Shown here in pieces: positions 13,166-25,851 of a stretch of 64,000 nucleotides of DNA (the stretch's first letter is position 1; every line of letters begins with the position of its first letter). A program made the translations under genes and the position numbers. The stretch covers positions 806,001 to 870,000 of the forward strand of contig CDRNST010000034.1 of the NCBI GenBank assembly GCA_977016875.1. The letters run 5' to 3'. The notes beneath the pieces are model-generated. The model made no database searches and was not told where the DNA came from. It worked only from the letters and a program-made list of their open reading frames with translations. Source of the stretch: Pavona decussata (taxonomy: Eukaryota).

Positions 13166-14058
13166 CACGCAAGTGCCCCCCCCCCCCCCTCCCCTGGTCA
13201 TTCTCTGGTCATTCGCTGGGGTACGGTAAAATTCATCCACTGCAAACCTTTATAAAGAAGGCTGCACTTGAAAATTGTGAAGTGTACACATTCTATTCTA
13301 ATCTTATGTGGCAAACTGAGGTTGTTATCCCCAATCTTCAGGGTATCGTTTGAAAATCTCCAGGTTTGCACACTGGTAGATTAGCAGGTCTCTCAAAGTC
13401 GGATACTGTAGTTTCACAAAAGTTCCAGATTCCAACCATTAAACCTTTGCTGACCAGTCATGCCTCGTTTGATAGTGATGTTAATGATGTTTATGAGACA
13501 TGTCGCAGCCTGGATGGAACTGATGATGATTAATTTTGTTTGCAGATCTAGAGTAACTGCAGAATATCCAGCCTCTTCATGCTTGATGCACACACAGATA
13601 CAGATTGAGGTGTGCTGGTAAGCATCTTTTGTTGTTAGTGCCATAAAATTATAAGAAATCCACTTGTGTGTGCATTAAATAATATCCAGCATGCCGTTTA
13701 TTGCCCGCTATTAGGGGGATTTAGCAAAGACAACGTGACGCCAAAGATGATGGCGCGCGCATAGATTAAAACTGAGAAGGACTAGGTCGAGACGCCGTCA
13801 CATTGTCATTTCAAAGTGATTTAGCAAAGCCATTTGACAATTGGCAGCTTGTTCTCGAATACTATGTCTTTACCTCATTCATTCGTTCAATTCTAAGTGT
13901 AGTAGCCATTTCTAAAGGTCATATTTACGTCCTGGAATACAATTTCCTGCTTATGAGAGACTAAAGATGTTATGGAACTGGTTGAGTGAATCCGACCAAT
14001 GGAAGATTCTTGGAATTAACATGAAATCCAAGTAAGGCGCTTACCACAGAGCTTTAGC

Positions 14059-15251
14059 TAGTGGTGGGAATCGGTTGAGATTCCGCAATCGATTATCGGA
14101 AATAATCGGATTGCCCCACCCGATCGATCATTGATTATAATCGGAAAAATCTACCAGTAAGCATTCCATGTATTTTTCACCTACATAGAAGTCAAAGTGA
14201 TAGCTTGAAGTTTTTAAACTGTTTTCAATGTTATCACGACTTATTAGTAATCATTTTGATTTCAACTTTAACAAAAGCTACGTCACCACTAAAAGTGTGT
14301 TACAGTGCTGTAACTGGATGAATAAACTCAATACAGTGTTCTTTTACCAACTCAGCTGTGTCTCTGAGTAATGAAATTGTGCTCGTGATCCAAATGAAAC
14401 TGCAGGTTGGTTGTATTTCCTGCGATGAACAAATTTGAACTTAGATAAGGGTTAAGAAAAAAAATAGCATTTAAACATGTTGTAAGCTTAGTAAACTCAG
14501 GCTGTGCATGTTATTAAGTTCAAGATTACATTGGAGCAGTTCAAGTGAGACTGACCTGAAATCAACAAAACACACGTGCCACAAACCTTTGTTGGCGTAT
14601 TGCTTTCTGAAGAGCCTACAGATTACCTTCGTCATATCCAAGTTCTCCTTTGTTTTGGGCCCTTCCTTCATGTGATAAAAACCAAAATATTCCCACACTT
14701 TTGACCTGGGGTTTCCAGGATAACGACGATCTCCAACTCGGCCATTTCAGCCCCCATGTTGGACTCGTGAGCAACATGTAAGCGAGGCAGGTCAGAAAGA
14801 GGCGACATTTCGCTGCGATTTTGTTTCTAATACCTTTCATTCGCTAGTAATAGTAGTGATACTACAAACACGAGACAATGAGCTTGTAATTTATGTTTTG
14901 GTTCAGTTGTTCATGAAATACAAAGCAGCTTAGTATGCCACATCTTTCAAATAAGCGTGGTGTATTTGAAGTGACAACAACACAGTGTGCAGGGTACGCA
15001 CAGGTAAACACATTCAATCTTAGATTATATCTGCTGTTATGACTTAGAAGTTAGGAGTCCACGAAAAAAGACAACTCACACTAAGATATTAAACGTACAT
15101 TTTTATTGATTTTAATACTTTTATTTGTCCCCGATAAATTTTTAATTTTTCCGCAACAATCGATTATGAAAAAAACATAACCGATTGTCGTGTCGCTTGA
15201 ACTTTTCGATCAACTTTCGATTATAATCGATCATCTGCCCACCACCCACTA
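14059..15251 (-). mobile_element. Internally deleted hAT element with BED zinc-finger remnant
   Basis: TAGTGGTGGG...CCCACCACCCACTA termini; 8-bp TSD GCTTTAGC at 14051-58 and 15252-59; frameshifted KS-VWEYFGFY...DMTKVICRLFRKQYANKG. Confidence 0.85.
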
Positions 15252-16672
15252 GCTTTAGCTAAATGAGAACTTTTTCGTTGTGTTTAACACAAAATGCACT
15301 GCAGATTTTTCACATTCTGAAGTGTAATATCGTGTAGAAAAATCTTGTGGGAGACTAAAGTTCTAAGAAGTGAATTATTGCTGGCGAGCGTTAGCGGGAC
15401 AGCACACTATTCTTGTCAATAGGGGTAAAAATCCAAAATTTTGTTGGATGTAAGACTCGAAGCTTGCGCAGTAGAGCATTATCCGGGATAGTTGAGACGA
15501 CAATCATGTGCAAATCACATGGCTGACATATAATCCGGGATACACACCTCACTTTGCACTTGAGAATCGCACGCTGTCAGACGCTTTTGGTTACGAGGTG
15601 CAGTTGACGTTTGCTTTTGTAATCATTCATCAAGGTCACGAACGGAAAGATATCACTTTCCACGGGATTCACCATTGATCCATTTCTTGACCTTGATGAA
15701 TATTCACAAGCAAATGAAGACATCTAGCAAATAAAAATATTTAGAAATACTTACCTATTTGTTTTATGGCAAAGTCAACTGCGCCTCGAAACCGTCTGTG
15801 CGTAAGATCGTGGTAAAATTTTTCCGTGGAAAGTGATCTCAATTCTCAAGCGGTGGATCTATAAAAGCAGGCAAACACAAATTGATCTCTTTCCGTTCGT
15901 GACAAAGGTTGTTCGTGACCTTGATGAATGATTACAGAAGCAAATAAAGACAGCAAATAGAAAAAATACCGTGGAGGCTAATAATTCAAAATCTGCGAAC
16001 CACTCAACTGTGAAATCAAAGGACTCGTACTTTCACACGAGTTCTTCGCCCGTGGAGCCCAATCATTCAAAATCTTTGGAGTTTGTGCGGGATAATTCGA
16101 CCGTTGAGTCATGCTTTTTCGGTCTGCAAGTGTGTCTGTTGAGGTAAAAGAAATGAAAACATGTCGATCGCGCGTCGAAGCGAACTGTGCAACTGTGAAA
16201 TCAGATGATTGCTTCACTCTGAAATCAAACGACTTGTTGCACTTTCACTCGAGTTCTTTGCTCGTGGAGGCAAATAATTCAAAATCTGTGCCGTTTGAGG
16301 CGGCTGATCCGTCCACTTCACCAACACCCCCATCCCACAAAAAAGAAGCGTTTTCAACGTTTCTTCCCCAATGTGGGTTATACAAATCACTAAACCTGCC
16401 ATGACCCATTTTCAAAACCAATGCTTGCTGTAGTCATGATTTTTACAACTCATCCAACTGAAACCTACTCTCCCTACCCTCAAAGTCAACCCCCTTTTCC
16501 AAACCCATTCACTGTTTAATTAAATCCCCACAACTTTATCCCACTTCGCCAGCACCCACTTTTATATTGAAATCACTAGTATTTTATATTAAATGAAGTC
16601 ATTTTCAAACTGGTGTTTACTTTTGCTCTCATCATGCTGTCGCAACAGGAAGAAAATTTTCATCTTCATGTC

Positions 16673-17724
16673 ATGGCTCATGGTGGGCTTAGAGCTGTTC
16701 GTGAGGCCGTAATTTTTGCAAATGCCAAAGAGATTATTGATGATGAAGATTTTGTTCTCTTGTACGATGCTTATGTATCAAAACCGGTTTTTCCATATTG
16801 GAAGTTTAACAAGTTTGATCCAAACTGGAGTGATACAGAGTGCTGAACAGAGTTGAGATTTGATAAAGACGACTGAGAGTTGCTATCAGATTGTCTTCAG
16901 ATTCCAGCACAATTTAGATGCCAACAGTGAACTGTGTGTCATGGAAAGGAGGCACTATACATTTTGTTGAAGAGATTAGCCTATCCATGTCGATACACAG
17001 ATATGGTACCTCGCTTTGGATGTAATCCAAGTCAGCTGTGTTTGATATTTAATGAAGTTGTGGATTACATTTATACCACACATTGCCACCATCTTCAGTC
17101 CTGGGGCCAACCATTCCTCCAGGCGGCTCAGCTGTTTACAGTCAAGGAGCACCCCTCAGCAATTGCTTTGGGTTTGTTCACAGCGCAGTATGTGGCATTG
17201 CACGACCAGAACACAATCAATGTGTTATGTACAATAGGCATAAGCATGTCCATTCGGTGAAATTTCAAAGTGTGGTCATCCCAAATGGCCTCATAGCAAA
17301 TTTAAGTGGCTTATTTGAGGGTAAACGTCATGACAGTACAATGCTGTATGAATCGGGTCTACTGATTGACTTGCGCCGTGTTGCAGTTTACAATGGGGAG
17401 CCCCTTTGTATTTATGGTGACCTGGCTTACCCATTGGGAATTCACCTGCAAGGCCCATACAGAAATCCAAATACGCCAGAAAAAGCTTTATATAATGAAG
17501 CAATGAGGGGAGTGAGATTTGCAGTGGAGTGGCTTTTCGGTAATATAACCAAATATTTCAAGTTCATCGACTTCAAGAGACAAATGAAACTAAATCTGAG
17601 TGCAGTAGGCAAAATGTATATTGTTTGTGGTTTACTGCAGAATGCCCACACTTGCCTCTATGGCAATCTTACGTCAAGCAAGTTTGACCTTCAACCTCCA
17701 TTTCTTGAGGAATTTTTTTGGTAA
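16673..17724 (+). pseudogene. PIF/Harbinger DDE transposase pseudogene
   Basis: Motifs ELRF, LLKRLAYPCRYTDMVPRFG, YNRHKHVHSVKFQSVVIPNGLI, GKRHDS, IYGDLAYP, VEWLFG; several in-frame TGA stops, a frameshift near 17130, and first catalytic DG changed to HS. Confidence 0.92.
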
Positions 17725-19743
17725 TTATAAAATGGTTGTCAGGGCATAGTCAGACATTTTTTGAGTCGTTAAACCAGAGAAAGTGGTGCTGTGGTATTTT
17801 GTATTAGCACGAAAGACCATTTTTCTAGGGGGGATATGGGACATGTTTTAGAACACATTGTTGGGCCAACATTGAAATTTTTTTCATATTTCATGTTGTG
17901 AGTTTGTTGTGTTAAACAGACAAACTAAACAGTAGCAGACTCTTGCCATTACTAACCTAAAAAAAATCCCCAAATATTCCTTAAAGGCTGGCTACACCCC
18001 TGGTTGTGATGCAGAAGCAAATCCAGGATTTATGAAAGCAAGATCATAGTTGACACTATTTTACACCCTTCAATGGGTATTTGTTTTATCATTATTTTTT
18101 GTTAGGATTTATGTGATGGCTGTTCACGCAATCCACTCCTTCCAAATCTATCCCTACATTGTGTTCTTCCAAAAATATCAATAACCCTCAACCCTGCCCC
18201 CACTCCTGTGGAAATTATTTTTTTTGCCCCTCCACATCAGAATTTGATATTACCTGTTTTGTGGTGATGCAAATTAATCGCTGTTGCTGTACAGCAATGT
18301 ATGTGAATATTTCATGAGTTGCATAGTATTTTCCTGAGCCTTGCAACAAGTGAAATCATTTGCAAGTTTTTCCCTTTTTGAGTGGAATAATAAATTTTAA
18401 TTGAATTATCCTTTAACTCTTCCTAGTATATATACCAGTATGCACATGTGTTGCTTGTTTGCTTTTTATTTCTTAAATGGTAGGGTTTTCCTCTTTTTTC
18501 ACCTGTTGTAACACCTCCACCTTTTCTTTCAACCACTCCTTTGCTTCTCTGCCTGTTCTTCTTCTTTTAGTTGTCGTCTTTTCTGCCTCCTGTTCATCAT
18601 CGTTCCTTTTCCTTGTTTCTCCGAATCTATCGCTATTGCCTGTTTTTTCTCATTTGCCATTGCTTCTTTCTTTGCCTCACTCTGGTCATCTGCTCTTTTA
18701 TCACTTTCCTCTCCCAAAGTCACCAACTCCTCCACCAACCTCTCCAACTCACTCTGCTTTTCATCACCCCCACCACTTTCCTTTAATTCCTTTCAGAATT
18801 TTGATTTCACCAAGGCTGCTGCCTAAGAAAAATTTTAGGGAGCCCTTCGGGCTCCTAAAGTTTAAAGTTAGGAGCCCGAGCCACATTGTTAGGAGCCCAG
18901 TTTGAAATCCATGTATTGTTTTTCCAAGATCATTACATAGGTTATAGAGGTTCTTGCACACTTTAATAAGAATTCGCCGGGCCTAATAAATAACACGTAA
19001 ACAAGAATTAACCGAATTATTTACTTTCATTTATTAATTTATTCAATTAACTTCCACATCTGTTGTGTTCAATGTGACCTAGAAGAGCCTTCAAAGAATT
19101 TTCTAAAATGTAACAATTAAACTGCTTCTTACCTTTCTTATACACATTCATGAGCCGGAAAAATATTTGAGGGGCTTAATTTGCGTGTAAAAGGAATTTT
19201 CACAATTTTCACAATAAAAGAATAACATAACAGTAGGTAATTTCAACTCAGAATTATTTACTTGACTTTCACATTTGTTCAGTAACAGTTGTGTTCCACA
19301 TGACAACTTAACTAGTCTTCCAAAAACTTTCTAAAGTAGACCAATCCTCTCCTTGCCTTTTTTATACATGAACAGGAAAAACAGAACAGAACATCAAGTG
19401 CCTTATGTAAACCTTAGCCTGGATGGATCTCATTAAATGAAGTGCTAAACATTTGAGGAATCATTTAAATTGAATAACATTTTCCTATCTGATTCTGTGC
19501 TATAAAAGAATTTTATGTCAATGTAACTACATTGTAAATTCAAAAGATCATTTTTTTAAGTCTTATAAGTTCTCCAAAACAGCTCGGAGTTGTCCAAAAC
19601 AGCTCCATTTTAGAAGAGCTTAATTAGCCCCTCAAATAGTACTGTATTTTACTCAAGGAAAAACTCCCAATTTTGGGTCCAAAACAGATCCTTTGAATTC
19701 ACAGTGTAGTTTACAATTAAATCACAGCATTGAGCAATGTTCA

Positions 19744-22700
19744 TCAGTCTTTTGGTTTTGTCCCCTTAAGAGAACTCCAGGTTCTAGCCTCTGGATGTTT
19801 GTCCACCCAGTTCTCTCGTCGGGCTCTGACACTGTTTTCTCGCCAATGCTTGACTGCATTGGCAAGGTGCCCAGATTGAGCGAAGGCCTTGACTCTCTCT
19901 GATTTGTTCAGGCTGTGGTACTTAACTGAGATACGCAAGTTGTTGTCCAGTGTCCTAGTTGCAAGACTTGAACGCTGAATAGTTTTAGTGCGGTTCATGG
20001 AGCTGAAACCTCGCTCACAAGCTGCGGTGGACAAAGGCCAGGTGAACACAATCTCGGCAATCAAAAGGAAGTTAGGAAATTCTTCTTGTTTAGAAAACAA
20101 CACAGAGTAAATGTCAGGTGTTGTCTTGTGCTTCATTAGACTCACAAGGCTCTTAACTCCCTGCCACTCACTACTGACAGACTCAGCTTTAAAACCAGCT
20201 TTTTGCAACTGCTCTTGGTACCTGTTAGCGATTACACAGAGCTGATCACAACCATAAGACGCTAACTCTTCAGGATCTGTAGGCCACGTGTCTGGATCTA
20301 AAACTGAAGAAGCCTTTACAACTGGGTCGTTAAAGAGGTAATGGAATCGCTCTCCCATGCTCTGTCCAATTTCATCCAAAACAGACTTTCTGATCTTCTC
20401 AAATTGTTCAATATCATTGTCTTCCCTTTTGATCTCAATTTCTCTGAACACACTGCCATCCCCTGCTTCTTTCAAAAACGCCTCAAGTCTTGGACCATTT
20501 AACGACTTCATATTAAGACACTGTAATTCAAATTTTCGAACTGCTGCCGCTGCGGTTGTAACTGTAAGAAACTCAGCTTGAAAAACCTTACTTAAATGAG
20601 CTGCTTCCTCCGCAATGTCCCACAGAAAACTGGTAAAGAGCAACCCTCTGAATGAGGTTAAGAACTTGACCGAAAATGATGCTCGCCCCTGTCTACCACT
20701 TGATCCTACACGCATCTCTCTTGTGTTCTGGCAATGCATCATGAGAGTTTTATATCCCCGAAACAGTACCTGGAGTGCGGTTTGAAGATGTGGCAACCAT
20801 CTAGCTCCAAACACATTAGTAGGCTTAGAGATCTGGTTATCTAGTGCTTCAGCTAACTCTCTTAATTCCCTGAGGGCCTTGGCGCTGTAGTGATATTCCT
20901 GGTATAAACTGCGAAGGACATCACGTACTTTCACAAAATCTGGGTATTTTTCTAGGCACTTGACAACTGCCAATTCAAGCTTGTGTGCTCCGCACCAGAA
21001 TCCCATAAATTCTCTATTTTCTTGCCTCAATAAACCAACCACTCCGTTCTTCTCACCTGTCATTGCCGCACAGCCATCAGTTCCCAGGCCTGTAATTTTC
21101 TCCTTCCAGGTGACTGAATTCATGTTGGTTACTCTTTGGAAACAGGAATCAACCGCATCTAAATAACCTCTTCCAGTTCCAGCCTTAGGTTCTTCGATTC
21201 CAAGATATGCAGTGACCGGTCTTCCAACTGACTTTTCCAAGTAGCGCACATACATAATGGCTTCCTCAATGACACCATGATCTGTACTTCCATCAATCAT
21301 TAGGGAGAAAAAGTTACATTCCTTCAATTTGTCTGCGAGATCCTCCTTCATAACAGAGCTTATGTGCTCAATGAACTCAGTACATGCAGATCGTGTTAAG
21401 TAAGTTTCACCCAGCTCCACCCCATTTAACTTTTGAAGCGCACAGAGACTTTCATAGTCATCTAATGGCCGTTCTAATGCTGAAATGTAGAAGGCTGTTT
21501 TAAATTTCTTCTCCATTTTTTCGTCTTCTTTTTCGTATAACTGCTTACAGCACTTGTACATTTCAGTTTTTTTCGGATCATTTATGGCTTTGTCCGCAGC
21601 AATACATTTTTTATGGTTCTGGCTTGTTTCATGTTTTTTTAATGTCCCGTTTTTGAAGTTGCTTGACCCACTTCTCTTAGCTATTTCACTGTCCTTTGAT
21701 GCTAAAGAAGGGTGCTTCGAGCAAACACCACAGTACATTGATTTCACTGCTGTTCCAACAGGTTGTGAATTTGGGTAGGGTGTGTTAGTAATGAATGGCT
21801 GCATTGTGCCTTTTCTTACAAGGTTTATACGCAACCAAGAATGGGCTTGAAGCCACTTCCACTGAAATGACCTTGTCCGTTTTTGTTCATATTCCTTACG
21901 TTTGTCCATAGCATTAGCGTGATTTTCCCTTGTCCTATCCGATTCATCCTTTCCATCTTCTTCTATCTTCCTATTCACCTCAATCTTCCTTTTATCATCC
22001 ATCGTCGTTGCACTCTTTACCTTTCTTTCACCCTCCATGTTCTTTTCTGCAGCCATTTTTCTTGCATCCATCTTCCCCTGATCATCCTTCATTTTCCTCT
22101 CATCCTCCATTTTTCTCTCATCTTCCATATCTGTTTCGTCCTGCATCTTAAATTCATCTGTCATCTTCGTTTCATCCTGCATCTTCAATTCCTTTTCCAT
22201 CTTCATGTCATCCTGAATCTTTAATTCTTCCTCCACCAGCATTTTTTCCTTCATCTTTATTTTGTCCTCTGTCTTCTTTTCTGTCTTCCCATCATCCCCC
22301 ATTTTCATTCTTTTATTGTTTATGCCTGCTTCATTTCTCTTTTTCTTTTTACATTCTGTTGGAAACCAAAAGTCTTCCAAACTAAACGACCTTTTCGGGG
22401 GGGATGCTTTTTTAGTGGACTGGTCAGCAACTTTGCGGTAGTCTTTAGCAGTTTTGACTGCATGATCGGCATATTCCTTTTTAAAAAGGGGGACAAAGTG
22501 GTTAGGAACATAAATAGCATTTGGGCGGCTGTCTAATCCACCATCCCTTGACCACAGAATATGAAAGCAATCATTATTGGAAAACACGTCTGGCCTGTTA
22601 ATACGTGGTTTCACTAAGCCATGTAAGAGGGGGCGAATAGCTTCTGCACAACTTGGATAGATTGTAAAGACAGGCCTGGAAATCACTGTGGAAAGTGCCA

Positions 22701-24304
22701 TGATGTGCATCAGCGACGACCATTCACCTAGCTGACATCCCCCAATTGCCTCACTCTGGATAGCAGACTCACGGTTGCCACTGTGCTCCCACTCTGCTAT
22801 TCCATTTTCTTTCAGTGCGAGCGTGAAAACGGTGACTTCTCCAAAGGGACACCCACATTGAAGAGCTTCCCGGAATCGCGGATGGTTTCCATAGTAGGCA
22901 GTATTTTCAAACAGCTCAATGGCTGTCAGAATACGAAGACAAGTAGAGTATTCTGTTGTACCCACAAGGGCCAGAGAAATGGCGTGGTACAGGCAATTTC
23001 CATCCCCAGCGACTTCATGAGCAATAAGGCCAGTTGGTGCATCACACGGAATAAGGGACTGTGCCAGTTGGTCTTGTTTTAGCTTATCAGATCTCGGGAA
23101 GGACTGGTTAAGGTTTAATTTTCGCGAATATTTGTCCCTTAACTTGCAACACAAATCTTGGTTATTGCTAATCAGGGCTTCTTTCAAAGTTTTTAAGTCA
23201 GCAACCTGAAATATAAAGAAAACCGGCCCACTCTGTGAACTGTTCAAAACTTGTTATATTTTATTTAGGACCTTGGCCTCAATGAGGCTAGACCAGTTAT
23301 ACACAGTGTAGCGTTACTATAAAGATATCAAGTGGCATTTCATTTTAAAATATCTTATATCTGTCACTAAAGGAATAAAGATTCCCGCGGCCAAACCCCG
23401 AAAGATTTTGTATTTGTAAGCGAATAAAAATATAGCCCAATTACAAGTCAGTATCAGAAGAAAACAATTGATAACCGAAGTACCGTATTTATTCACTTAT
23501 AAGACGCACCTTTGTTTACGAAAATTTGTGCTTGCTCGATAAAAATTTTCTCAAAACTCGGGGTGCGTCTTATAACCGAGTATTTTCCCGCAACAAAATT
23601 TAACTTTGCCAAATTTCCTTATAATTGATGTTCAACTAAGATGAGAATGAATAAACAAGACATTCATCGTTGCATGGTCATCTTGAAGGTAAATTCCTGG
23701 TTTGGTTATGGAAAAGAGAGATTCTCCATCTGAGCCGTCAGAACTGGTTACCTAGCACGTGATCAAAATCTGCCCCGATCAAATTTCCTTCCACGACAAA
23801 AATAGCCGTGTCACGAAAATGATATTTGTTACATTTCAAGCGCTACTGTCTTAAACTTTCTGCACTTTTCTGTGAGCATGTTCCAGAACCAAACTCAACA
23901 TCAGTGTATCGAAGCTGTAGAAACTGTACGCGAAAAGAAGCCGTTTTTATTATAAGTGAAATATCAAGCTTACAGTATCTTTGATCTCAAAACAAACGCG
24001 GTTCAAATTTCATTAGTCAAAGAAAATTTGCATGAATTTGCGAGGCAATCACAGACAGCTACCTAGCTGATCTGCTATTTCGTTTAGAAGGTCAAGAATG
24101 TCAAGTTGTCACTACGGATTAAATAAAACCGCATTGAATATAGGTCAAATGAAGGCACAGCATCTTCGGTTGTGTTTTAAAAGCGGGAAATATATTTTAT
24201 TGTTTTGAAAGAGACAGTTTCCAAATCGTTATCTATATTAATATAAATGTTCACATACGGAGTCGTAAGAAATAAACATTGCTTACCTGTTGCGAGAATT
24301 CCAT
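19744..24304 (-). CDS. hAT transposase (ZNF862-like) with N-terminal OTU/vertnin-like domain; join(24287-24304, 19744-23205), ~1159 aa
   Basis: Exon 1 ATG GAA TTC TCG CAA CAG|GTAAGC splices in phase 0 to TTTCAG|GTT GCT GAC. OTU-like GDGNCLYHAISLAL...PNHFVP; zinc finger MYCGVC...HETSQNH; catalytic FSLMIDGSTD, GTDGCAAM, CGAHKLEL, ARWL, STAACERGFS; no stops. Confidence 0.9.
21950..22265 (-). repeat. Coding 18-bp minisatellite (hexapeptide KM[EQ]D[ED]x) inside the transposase
   Basis: KIQDDM KMEKEL KMQDET KMTDEF KMQDET DMEDER KMEDER KMKDDQ... Confidence 0.8.
23483..23600. mobile_element. pogo-type TIR remnant in the transposase intron
   Basis: TA|CCGTATTTATTCACTTATAAGACGCACC with internal inverted GGTGCGTCTTATAA; matching far end not found. 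Confidence 0.55.
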
Positions 24305-24330
24305 TGTAGTCACTGGGCTTAAGACAAATT

Positions 24331-24420
24331 GCTGAAACCTTTGTCGATTTTAGCGAGAAAAGAAGAACCTTTGCCGATTTTAGCGGGAAAAGCAGAACCT
24401 TTGCCGATTTTAGCGGGAAA
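24331..24420. repeat. 3 x 30-bp tandem repeat just upstream of the transposase ATG
   Basis: Unit core AACCTTTG(T/C)CGATTTTAGCG(A/G)GAAA. Confidence 0.85.
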
Positions 24421-25038
24421 GGGCGCTAAGCACGTGCAGCAAGGCAGAAATACAACCAACACAAAGTTGATCATTACTTTAATTTCTTTATTCAAGGTAA
24501 AGGCATCACATTACAAATATGAAATATCATACTGCGTTCTCTGGCGTGTTGTTTTTTAAAGTCTCTTGAAAATGCTGATACGTTGCAAACTGGTACATGA
24601 AATCGAACATCAAGCACGTCCAGTCGATAGCACGCAAGATAGCTTCCCATTCTCGCCACAAAAAAGTTATCAAATCGACGATAACCCAAGCAAACGATGA
24701 ACTGCACGAATGTCAACATAGGCAACAAACAGCCCATAATTTTGCTATTCCATATTTGGAAGTCAAATCTCAGACCCAGTCTTCAACTGCCATCCGGACT
24801 CGGAAACGATGGCTTCGTTCGTTTCGACAAAGCTTCACAGTTGAACACGTTAGGTTTACATAATTTACGGTTTACTTGTGGAAATTTTATACTGCCTAAT
24901 CGCATCATCGCTAACCATATCAACAGTTCCACTGTTTAAAGTCCTACTCCAGCTAAAGGAATATAATGTACAAGGAGGTTAAGTCTAATGCCGTGTGTTA
25001 AGTCAGGCGCCCGCGCGGGCTCCTTGTACCGAAATTTG

Positions 25039-25851
25039 AGGGCCGTTTACACGACCGAAAAAATTGGAACGGCTCGGATAAAAAGACGAACGGCTCCGAC
25101 AAAATTTGACGTGTAAACAGTACTTGAACCGTTCCAGTCTTATCCGTTCCGTTCCTAAAAAGGTCCATAGGCGGCTATGGACCCCTTTCGGAACGGAACC
25201 GATAAAAAACGGTTCCGTACCCACATTTTTGTTTTCTTTTCAACGTGTAAACGCTCGCCCTTTTTTCGGCACCGTTCTGTTACGTTTTTTCTGTGCCCGT
25301 TGTACTCCATGTCAGTTGTTTAGCATACCATTGATCGTTAGAGCAAGGGCTGTATGCAAGATCAAACCAAGCGCTTGTTCTTGGAATTTGCCACAAGCTC
25401 CGTGCGACTGTGAAGTGCGATACAAGGGCTGTTAATAGGAGAACCGTAAGCCTTGTTTTTCTCCTAATTCGGTACATTCTCTCAGAAGCATTTCTTTGAA
25501 GAATCACTCGCCCTCTCAAACGTGAATTTCGTGTTCTCTTCTTCAGAAGAAACCAGAAAAGTGCTTGTAAATTTATGATAGTCGGAGATACGCACAGTGT
25601 ACTGTATGTGTAAGCACATAGGAACAACTAATCGAAGCAGTTTTGTTTAATTATTGCGAGCTCTATCGTTACCGGTCTCGAAGAAAACAACATGTAAACG
25701 TTTAGTACCCGTTCCAAGGGGCTCTCAAGTACCGTGCCTTTTTCTGTTAGGTACATTACAGAATTTGTACGTGTAAACGGAAGATTTCGTCTGGAACCGG
25801 TACTTGTTTCTAACCGAGCCGTTCCTTCTCTTTTAACGTGTAAACGGGCCT
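25039..25851. mobile_element. Harbinger-type MITE nested in the hAT subterminal region
   Basis: TIR AGG(G/C)CCGTTTACACG; 3-bp TSD TTG at 25036-38 and 25852-54; internal GGAACGG/CCGTTCC repeats. Confidence 0.8.

Noticed and set aside
13712-13760. Left TIR of the Harbinger element (AGGGGGATTTAGCAAAGACAACG)
   Set aside because: It looks like a Harbinger-type end, but I found no matching right TIR, so the element boundaries are not called.
23206-23247. ORF-track start MNSSQSGPVFFIFQ of the 1167-aa protein
   Set aside because: TTG start within a polypyrimidine tract and AG acceptor; a spliced upstream ATG exon at 24287-24304 fits better.
24331-24420. CRISPR-like array (also considered 53790-54170)
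   Set aside because: Contiguous tandem units with no unique spacers, eukaryotic context, and no cas genes.
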